Shown here: positions 57,055 to 64,000 of the stretch, piece after piece
Layout: each line of letters starts with the position of its first letter
How positions within the stretch are numbered: the first letter of the stretch is position 1
Virus record (IMG/VR): IMGVR_UViG_3300030497_000008
Span: 1 to 64,000 of that record
Length of the DNA: 64,000 nt
From: a virus
Direction: 5' to 3' (one strand)
Translations under genes and position numbers: made by a program
Notes under the pieces: generated by a model
Seen by the model: only the letters and a program-made list of their open reading frames with translations
Database searches by the model: none
Told to the model about the DNA's origin: nothing

Positions 57055-58494
57055 ATGACAGAATTGAAAAAAGAAGCAGAAGCTAAGAATAAAAAGCTTC
57101 CTGTCGAAGCAGAAGCAGAATTAGCAGAATTAGTGTCTAAGTCGTTTACGACTGGTTATGGCATTACACCTGATACACAGTTAGATGGAGCAGCAGTTCG
57201 TCGAGAACTATTAGAAGACCAAGTTAAAATGCTTGCATTCTCTAGCAACGACTTCACTATTTATCCGTTAATTAACAAACAACAAGTAAATAGTACAGTT
57301 GCTAAATACGCAGTATTCAACCAACATGGTCGTACTGGTCACAGCCGTTTCGTACGTGAGGTCGGAGTAGCTTCTATCAACGACCCTAACATCCGTCAAA
57401 AAACGGTTCAAATGAAGTTCTTATCTGACACTAAGCAACAATCACTTGCTGCTGGTTTAGTTAACAACATCGCAGACCCAATGACAATCTTAACGGAAGA
57501 TGCTATCGCGGTTATTGCGAAATCTATCGAGTGGGCTATTTTTTACGGTGACGCAGCATTATCATCTGAGGCTGATGGACAAGCAGGTATTGAGTTCGAT
57601 GGTTTACATAAACTGATTGACCAAGATACAAACGTAATCGACCTTAAAGGTGCTCGTTTAGACGAAGCTACTTTAAACAAAGCAGCAGTTATTGTAGGTA
57701 AAGGTTATGGTCGCGCTACTGATGCGTTTATGCCGATAGGGGTGCAAGCTGACTTTACGAATAATCTATTAGACCGTCAACGTGTAATTCAACCGTCAAC
57801 TGCTGGTGGATTCTCAACTGGTTTCTCTATTAACCAATTCTTATCTACTCGTGGTGCAATCAACTTACATGGTTCAACAATCATGGAGAATGATAACATC
57901 TTACTTGAAGGTCGTAACCCAGAGCCTAACGCTCCTCAAGCGCCAGCATCTGTAGTAGCTTCAATTGTGGATGACAAAAAAGGTGGATTCCGTGACGAGG
58001 ACATCAAAACTCATTCTTACAAAGTTGTAGTTCATTCTGATGATGCAGAGTCATTACCATCTGAGGCAGTTACAGCAGCAGTTGCGAAAAAAGACAACAC
58101 GGTTAAACTTGAAGTTAAACTAGCTTCTCTATACCAAGCGCAACCACAATTCATCTCTGTATACCGCGAAGGTACAGAAACAGGTCACTACTTCTTAATC
58201 GCTCGTGTTCCTGTATCAAAAGTAAATGACCAAGGTGTAATCGAAGTCCTTGACCGTAACCAAGTAATCCCTGAGACTACTGACGTATTCGTAGGTGAAT
58301 TAACTCCTAACGTTGTGAGTTTACTAGAGTTACTACCAATGATGAAATTACCATTGGCTCAAATGAACGCTACAACTACATTCACAGTTCTTTGGTACGG
58401 TGCATTAGCATTATACGCTCCGAAGAAATGGGTTCGTATCAAAAACGTTCAATACATCCCAGCTCTTGCAGCAGATGTTACAGTTAAATACTAA
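57055..58494 (+). CDS. Major capsid protein
   Basis: KSFTTGYGITPDTQ..GAAVRRELL, Herelleviridae MCP signature; tandem late promoters upstream. Confidence 0.95.
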   Translation: MTELKKEAEAKNKKLPVEAEAELAELVSKSFTTGYGITPDTQLDGAAVRRELLEDQVKMLAFSSNDFTIYPLINKQQVNSTVAKYAVFNQHGRTGHSRFVREVGVASINDPNIRQKTVQMKFLSDTKQQSLAAGLVNNIADPMTILTEDAIAVIAKSIEWAIFYGDAALSSEADGQAGIEFDGLHKLIDQDTNVIDLKGARLDEATLNKAAVIVGKGYGRATDAFMPIGVQADFTNNLLDRQRVIQPSTAGGFSTGFSINQFLSTRGAINLHGSTIMENDNILLEGRNPEPNAPQAPASVVASIVDDKKGGFRDEDIKTHSYKVVVHSDDAESLPSEAVTAAVAKKDNTVKLEVKLASLYQAQPQFISVYREGTETGHYFLIARVPVSKVNDQGVIEVLDRNQVIPETTDVFVGELTPNVVSLLELLPMMKLPLAQMNATTTFTVLWYGALALYAPKKWVRIKNVQYIPALAADVTVKY

Positions 58495-58678
58495 TTCTAA
58501 GTCGTAAGGACATTCCGAGGGCTTCGCGCCCTCATACCTTAAATAGAGTATATCACAGGTTGTTATAGAATACAACGACATTAAAAATAAAGATATACTC
58601 CCGATAAACGATACAAACGAGGTTGCCGCACTCCCAGTAAGCGGTACAGTCTTTGACAACTAAATAGAAAACTGAATA

Positions 58679-58707
58679 GGGGCAGAGAAAATATCTGCTC
58701 CTTTTTA
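58679..58707 (+). terminator. Terminator after major capsid gene
   Basis: GGGGCAGA...TCTGCTCC followed by T run. Confidence 0.75.
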
Positions 58708-58741
58708 TGTATATAAACCAAAATTTAAGGAGGATTTATTT

Positions 58742-58963
58742 ATGTTAATTGGAGAACGCGTAGCAGGTAAGGTAGTTGCCACAGTTTTAGGACAAGTTAC
58801 ATTTAATGAAAAAGGTGAAGCAGAAGGTTTGACTGATGAACAAGAACAGTCATTAGCACATATCGGTGGATTCACTTACATCGCTCCCGAAGTTAAAGAA
58901 GAGCCTAAACAAAAAGCAGCACCTAAATCCAAAGCAAAGCCAGCACCTAAAAAAGCGGAGTAG
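58742..58963 (+). CDS. Small virion-associated protein with Lys/Ala/Pro tail
   Basis: AAGGAGG RBS; position after MCP. Confidence 0.65.
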   Translation: MLIGERVAGKVVATVLGQVTFNEKGEAEGLTDEQEQSLAHIGGFTYIAPEVKEEPKQKAAPKSKAKPAPKKAE

Positions 58964-58972
58964 GAGTGATGA

Positions 58973-59854
58973 GTGATGTATAACAATCCTATGCATCAAG
59001 ACGGGACTCAATACCAGCATAATAACGAAAAGTTAATCGATTTAGATAAAATCGAAGAGCTTACTCTAGCAGACTATGGGTTCACTGTAGACGCCGTTAA
59101 GATGAATCATTTCGGTATAGATGTTACAGACCCTAGAACGAAGCAACCTATGCCTGACGCCTTCTATGAGGCTTCTTTAGAGAAAGCTATTGCACAAGTA
59201 GAGAAGATGCTTGACATCGTAATATTACCTCGATATAACGGAGAGCATCATGACTACTACCGTAATGACTTTGAAAGTTTTATGTTTATCAGAACAAGAC
59301 AAAGACCCGTCCTACAAATGGAAAAAGTAACATTAGAATACGGTGGAGGCACAGTATTCAACTATCCTACGAAGTGGTGGAGAGTATATAAACTAGAAGG
59401 TCAACTGGAGATGTTGCCTACTTTAATGCTATCAGAGCAAGGACAAAGTTTAAATCTAGCACAGGTATACTCAGGTTACCCGATGATTGCAGGTATTCCT
59501 AATTTAGTCGGCAATAACTATGCACCGCAAATGTTCCACGTAGAGTATGTAGCAGGTATGCTCCCACCAAAACGTAGAGGGGTTTCAAGAGAGTACGAGA
59601 TGCCAGCAGACTTATGGACACTGGTTATCAAAGTAGCACTAAAAGAGATTCTACAACAATGGGGACGTTTAATCGTAGGTGCTGGTATTGCATCTATGAG
59701 CGTAAACATCGATGGTATTTCTCAAAGTATAGATACAACTCAGTCTGCTATGTATGGTGGAGCATCTGCCGATATCATGCAGCTAGACAGAGATATCGAA
59801 GACTTAGTTAGAGGATTAAAATCATTCTACGGAATTAACTTAGGAATCATTTAA
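58973..59854 (+). CDS. Head-tail adaptor/neck protein
   Basis: GAGIASMSVNIDGISQS...SAMYGG motif; synteny. Confidence 0.7.
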   Translation: MMYNNPMHQDGTQYQHNNEKLIDLDKIEELTLADYGFTVDAVKMNHFGIDVTDPRTKQPMPDAFYEASLEKAIAQVEKMLDIVILPRYNGEHHDYYRNDFESFMFIRTRQRPVLQMEKVTLEYGGGTVFNYPTKWWRVYKLEGQLEMLPTLMLSEQGQSLNLAQVYSGYPMIAGIPNLVGNNYAPQMFHVEYVAGMLPPKRRGVSREYEMPADLWTLVIKVALKEILQQWGRLIVGAGIASMSVNIDGISQSIDTTQSAMYGGASADIMQLDRDIEDLVRGLKSFYGINLGII

Positions 59855-59865
59855 GGAGGGTTTTT

Positions 59866-60651
59866 ATGGCAGAGAAACCAATGATACTGCAAAGCATTGC
59901 CCAAGCTACTCATAGGCTTCCTGACCTAGATAATCATATTGATAACTTCTCACAAAAAATACTGTGGGAAAAATCATACCTATGCCCTTGTCGTGATAAA
60001 GCTACAAGACAGCCTGACCAGACTTGCCCTATTTGTCACGGCAGAGGTATCGCCTTCTTACCAGCTCAAGAGATTGGCATCATGATTCAATCACAAGCTA
60101 AAGGGGCGATTAATGAGGATATAGGTATTATGGATACAGGTACAGCAATCGGAACACCTGACAGGTCACACCGTATTGCATTTAGGGATAGAATCACTGT
60201 AACGAATGCAATCATCTCGCAATCTATGATTTTTGATGTAACAGATAGAAGAATCAAGAATGGGTTCTATATGGTGTACGATGTGAAGAAAGTTGAACTA
60301 GCTATGTCTGTAGATGGTGAACTATTCGAGGGTTCTGACTTTAAAATCGATTACAAGAAGAATTTAATATACCCTAGTGAACACTTGAAGGGTATGAACA
60401 TTTCTCTTAACGTCGAAACTACTTTGCGATACTTAGTAGCAGACCTATTGAAAGAGCACCGATATGTACGTGATATGGATTACTCGCAGCATGACGCATA
60501 TCAAAAGCTATTACTAAAACGTGAGGACTTATTTATCGATAAAGAGGCATTCGAATCAGGAGTTAATGATAGAGATATCCAAGACATCTTTGATGCGAAG
60601 AAAGGTCTTAACACTAACGGTTACAACGGATTCTTTAAAGGTATGGGTTAA
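59866..60651 (+). CDS. Head closure/neck protein
   Basis: CPC....PD..CPICHGRG motif; synteny. Confidence 0.6.
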   Translation: MAEKPMILQSIAQATHRLPDLDNHIDNFSQKILWEKSYLCPCRDKATRQPDQTCPICHGRGIAFLPAQEIGIMIQSQAKGAINEDIGIMDTGTAIGTPDRSHRIAFRDRITVTNAIISQSMIFDVTDRRIKNGFYMVYDVKKVELAMSVDGELFEGSDFKIDYKKNLIYPSEHLKGMNISLNVETTLRYLVADLLKEHRYVRDMDYSQHDAYQKLLLKREDLFIDKEAFESGVNDRDIQDIFDAKKGLNTNGYNGFFKGMG

Positions 60652-61271
60652 TGGCTAAGAAACGTCCTAAGATATTCCAAAGCGAAGCCAACATGAAGAA
60701 GGCTATGAATAATCTAGGAAATAATCTTGTCAATAATGCTCTTGATGAAACTGCTAAATCTTTAGCACGTAACCTGCCTGATGGTATGGAACTCAAGAGA
60801 AAACCTAAATATCTAGAGCTTACAGAGAACCGTTTAAATAGTTTAGGAGTTATCGACCTTAAGCCTTATTTCGCACGTAGTAGTAAACGTAAGAACCGAA
60901 AAGGTGGAGGATGGTATTTAACCGTCCCTATACGCCGCAGAGCGCGTGGTATGTCTCGTAGGATGTACGAGCAGTTGAGAGCGATAGATATAGCTCCTAG
61001 CCAACGTAAGACTGTTATATCTGATTACATGTACGACAACAGAAAAACATCTGATGCATCCATGCTGAACTACACGCCACGCTCTAATAATATTACGAAA
61101 ATACGTTCTGGTACGAATCGACATGACTACATCGCATTCCGTACCGTATCAGATAAGTCACCTGCGAATAGTTGGATTATCAATCGTGATAGAGTAACCG
61201 TTAGTAATACATCAAAAACATTCGTTGCCAATGTAAATAGACTTATGAAATACAATATGAAAAATCAATAG
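60651..61271 (+). CDS. Basic neck/morphogenesis protein
   Basis: GGWYLTVP, AFRTVSDKSP..SWI; synteny. Confidence 0.6.
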   Translation: MAKKRPKIFQSEANMKKAMNNLGNNLVNNALDETAKSLARNLPDGMELKRKPKYLELTENRLNSLGVIDLKPYFARSSKRKNRKGGGWYLTVPIRRRARGMSRRMYEQLRAIDIAPSQRKTVISDYMYDNRKTSDASMLNYTPRSNNITKIRSGTNRHDYIAFRTVSDKSPANSWIINRDRVTVSNTSKTFVANVNRLMKYNMKNQ

Positions 61272-61286
61272 GAGGAGGGTTGAGAG

Positions 61287-62165
61287 ATGCTATCTAGTAT
61301 CGATACATATATTTATACGCAAGTTGAACAGACATTAGGAATTTTATTGTCGAACCGCTATATTATAGAGGAACTATTAAAGGAAGTACAGCCTAATGTT
61401 CGTGAGTCTTTTATAAAAGCATATGTGTACGATGAGAGGTATAATCCAGTTCCAAGGGAAATCCCAATCGTATATACTATGCCGCAGGACAAGCAGCACT
61501 TACAAGGGGCAATCTATATCGGTTTACGCGAAGGAGAAGAAACAAATCCTAGTATCGGAAACCTAGAAAGTACATATCCTAGCCCATCACTTGGACTAAT
61601 CCGCGAAGTAGCCGATGTACAAGTAGATGCGCTATCAAATCGAATGTATTTTGAATTAGAAAAGCCAGTTGCTTCTCTGTCATCTGTAGAAGGTATCACC
61701 TTCTCTAATAAAGATAATATCACTTACGAGGGTAATAGAATCTACTTCAAGTATAGTCCAGACCTCGAAGGATTAGGTGGTTTTGTAGTTTGGTACGAGG
61801 AACTATCAACCAAGGAGTCTCGTAAAGGAGAGTTTGGTGTTAGGTCTGGTTTTACTACTACAGAATACTACTCAATCTTGGTCTTGTCAACCAATATGAA
61901 TACCGTTAGATGTTTAGACCTTCTTTTAAAAGCCGTTCTTATCTATATGAGAAGTACAGCCGAGGAACAAACAAACAATCTTTTACAAGGTATCAAGTTT
62001 GGTCAAATTGAGGAAGTAAATACAAACACAGGTGAAGAAACTCCAGAGATTCTATATGGGAGAGAGACACTTGTTAAATACGTCACTTCTTATAGCTTAG
62101 ACGTTCCAATCGAAAATAGCATTAAGGAGTTAGTCCTAAAGGCAAAACTAGATGTTGAAAGTTAG
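61287..62165 (+). CDS. Tail completion/terminator-like protein
   Basis: Two genes upstream of the sheath; synteny. Confidence 0.55.
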   Translation: MLSSIDTYIYTQVEQTLGILLSNRYIIEELLKEVQPNVRESFIKAYVYDERYNPVPREIPIVYTMPQDKQHLQGAIYIGLREGEETNPSIGNLESTYPSPSLGLIREVADVQVDALSNRMYFELEKPVASLSSVEGITFSNKDNITYEGNRIYFKYSPDLEGLGGFVVWYEELSTKESRKGEFGVRSGFTTTEYYSILVLSTNMNTVRCLDLLLKAVLIYMRSTAEEQTNNLLQGIKFGQIEEVNTNTGEETPEILYGRETLVKYVTSYSLDVPIENSIKELVLKAKLDVES

Positions 62166-62177
62166 GAGGAAGCTAAC

Positions 62178-62390
62178 ATGGCAGAGAAACAAGCCACAAA
62201 GAAAGAAGTACAAGCCGAGCCATTAAAACCTTACGTACATATCGATAAGTTTTTAAACTCTGTAAAACTAGTGTACGAGCTGTCGGATGTAGAGTTAGCA
62301 GGATTCAAAGCGCTAATGGCAGGGCAGCATTACCAAAGAGATGAAGAGATTTTCTTAGAAGCTCTTAAAAAGCATTTCAATTTAAAATAA
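62178..62390 (+). CDS. Small protein preceding the sheath
   Basis: AGGAGG RBS; synteny. Confidence 0.65.
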   Translation: MAEKQATKKEVQAEPLKPYVHIDKFLNSVKLVYELSDVELAGFKALMAGQHYQRDEEIFLEALKKHFNLK

Positions 62391-62415
62391 CCAATTAGAA
62401 AGGAAGATTACATAT

Positions 62416-64000
62416 ATGGCAGTTTCATATGGTTTCAATAGAAAACGTCCACGTACCGAAGTTACATTGGACTCAACAGCTTTAGGTTCTGCAAATGTTC
62501 GTAGTGAAAAACCGTTAATTTTAATCGGTTCTGCTACAGGCGGAGAACCAAACAAAGTAGAAGTAGTAACAAACTTATCACAAGCACGAAACATCTTCCG
62601 TGGCGGAGAACTAGTAGATGCTATCGAGATGGCTTGGAATCCATCAGTCAACTTAGGCGGAGCAGGTAAAATCTATGCTGTTCGTTCTGATGAAGCAACA
62701 CAAGCAAAACTAGTGAAAGATGGTTACACATTCACATCTAAGCTTTACGGTGCAGATGCAAACGGTATCCAAATCTCATTAGAGGACAACACAATCACAA
62801 AGTCTAAACGTTTCAACGTCTACTTCACAAGAGAGCGTTACGAGCAGACTTACGATAACATCGGTAACATCTTTGCAGTTCAATACACAGGTTCTCTAGC
62901 TTATGCATCTATCGAAGTAAAAGTAGATACTCAAACTAAAGAAGCTAAAACGCTTGAACTAAAAGCTGGTGCTGATAAAGAAACAGCGGCTGTAGTTCGT
63001 ACATACGAGTTAGGTGAAGGTTTCTATCAAGACGTTAACGTACTAGTAAACGATATTAATAACCTACCAGATTTCAAAGCAGTAATGAACTCTTTAGGTG
63101 GTTACAAAAATGTCTCTACTAACTACTTAGACGCTTTAGCTGCAACACCACTTGCGAAAGATAAGGACGTAACAGTAACAGCAGTATCAGCAGACTTAGC
63201 GTTAACACTTGCTAATGACCGATACGTATCTTTAGACATCGACTTAACAAAACCAGCTCCAGCTACTATCCCTGTAACAAGTCTTGCTGGTGCAGAGACA
63301 AAAGCTCCACCTGCTTCATGGGCTAAGTTGTTCGCATCTGTAGCAGACTCTGGTGGATACTACGTTGTTCCATTAACAGCAAATGAAGTTATCCATGCTG
63401 AGTTAGGTCACTTCTTACGTTCTGAATCAAGCGCAGGTAACCAACTACGAGGATTCGTTGGTGGAGGTATTGAGGAATCATTTGACGCGTTACGTGCTCG
63501 TCAAGCAGCGATTCGAAACCCACGTGTAGCTTTAGTCGGTGACTCTGTAACACGTCGTATGGCGGATGGTCGCGTATACAAAGCTCCAGCTTACATGTAC
63601 GCAGCTCAAGTAGCAGGTCTAGCATCTGGACTACAAATCGGAGTTCCAATGACATACAAGAAAATGAACATCGATGCATTAAACCTTAAGTTCTCTGACG
63701 ACCAATTAGACCAATTAGATTCTACAGGCGTAATCATGACGTTCTACCGCAGAAATCGTGATGAGTCTACGTTCCGAATTGCGTCTGACCCAACAACTTA
63801 CAACAACGTTGAGGATATCGTTCAGAACCGTATGTCTCTTGGTGAAACATCTGACTTCTTGACAACAGACTTACGTACAGTCCTTGATGAAGAGTTCATT
63901 GGTACTCGTATCAAGAACACATCAGCATCAATCATCAAGAACCGTGTTGAGTCATTCCTAGACGTTCAAAAAGGCGTAGACGGATTAATCGTAGACTACA
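62416..64000 (+). CDS. Contractile tail sheath protein (runs off the window end)
   Basis: Own translation MAVSYGFNRKRPRTEV...LILIGSATGGEPN; not in the ORF track, consistent with no in-frame stop before the edge. Confidence 0.9.
   Translation, partial: MAVSYGFNRKRPRTEVTLDSTALGSANVRSEKPLILIGSATGGEPNKVEVVTNLSQARNIFRGGELVDAIEMAWNPSVNLGGAGKIYAVRSDEATQAKLVKDGYTFTSKLYGADANGIQISLEDNTITKSKRFNVYFTRERYEQTYDNIGNIFAVQYTGSLAYASIEVKVDTQTKEAKTLELKAGADKETAAVVRTYELGEGFYQDVNVLVNDINNLPDFKAVMNSLGGYKNVSTNYLDALAATPLAKDKDVTVTAVSADLALTLANDRYVSLDIDLTKPAPATIPVTSLAGAETKAPPASWAKLFASVADSGGYYVVPLTANEVIHAELGHFLRSESSAGNQLRGFVGGGIEESFDALRARQAAIRNPRVALVGDSVTRRMADGRVYKAPAYMYAAQVAGLASGLQIGVPMTYKKMNIDALNLKFSDDQLDQLDSTGVIMTFYRRNRDESTFRIASDPTTYNNVEDIVQNRMSLGETSDFLTTDLRTVLDEEFIGTRIKNTSASIIKNRVESFLDVQKGVDGLIVDY

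Noticed and set aside
58495-58663. Frameshift-extended major capsid protein
   Set aside because: The +1 frame looks protein-like at 58547-58663 but has stops at 58505 and 58544 and no clear slippery site
55905-63679. Antisense ORFs over structural genes (and similar shadow ORFs throughout the window)
   Set aside because: Opposite strand of well-supported genes, Ser/Phe-rich, lacking RBSs

Overview
64 kb of a large, AT-rich, lytic Bacillus cereus-group myovirus (Herelleviridae, Bastille-like). The 364-aa GH25 endolysin closely resembles PlyBa of phage Bastille as I recall it; this was not database-checked. Layout: (1) 1-20.3 kb, + strand small early/host-takeover ORFs, many in repeated promoter-RBS cassettes, including an Rnl2-type RNA ligase, a divergent Tad2-like protein and an Ocr-like DNA mimic. 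(2) A ~1.4 kb non-coding block at 17.6-19.0 kb packed with CodY-box-like 15-mers, partly in 9-bp phase. (3) 20.5-48 kb, minus strand accessory genes, RtcB, DHFR, dNMP kinase, a thymidylate synthase with an in-frame homing-endonuclease-like insert, a PcfJ-like protein, endolysin and terminase. (4) 49.4-52.7 kb, an XRE regulator, an AT-rich origin-like region and a tRNA cluster with structured ncRNA candidates and a tRNA-Asp split by an HNH gene. (5) 53-64 kb, portal, protease, scaffold, major capsid, neck genes and the start of the tail sheath. Top leads: the CodY-box array with satellite sites, the HNH ORF nested in a tRNA scaffold, and the non-intein ThyA-endonuclease fusion. Coordinates were counted by hand and homologies are from memory.
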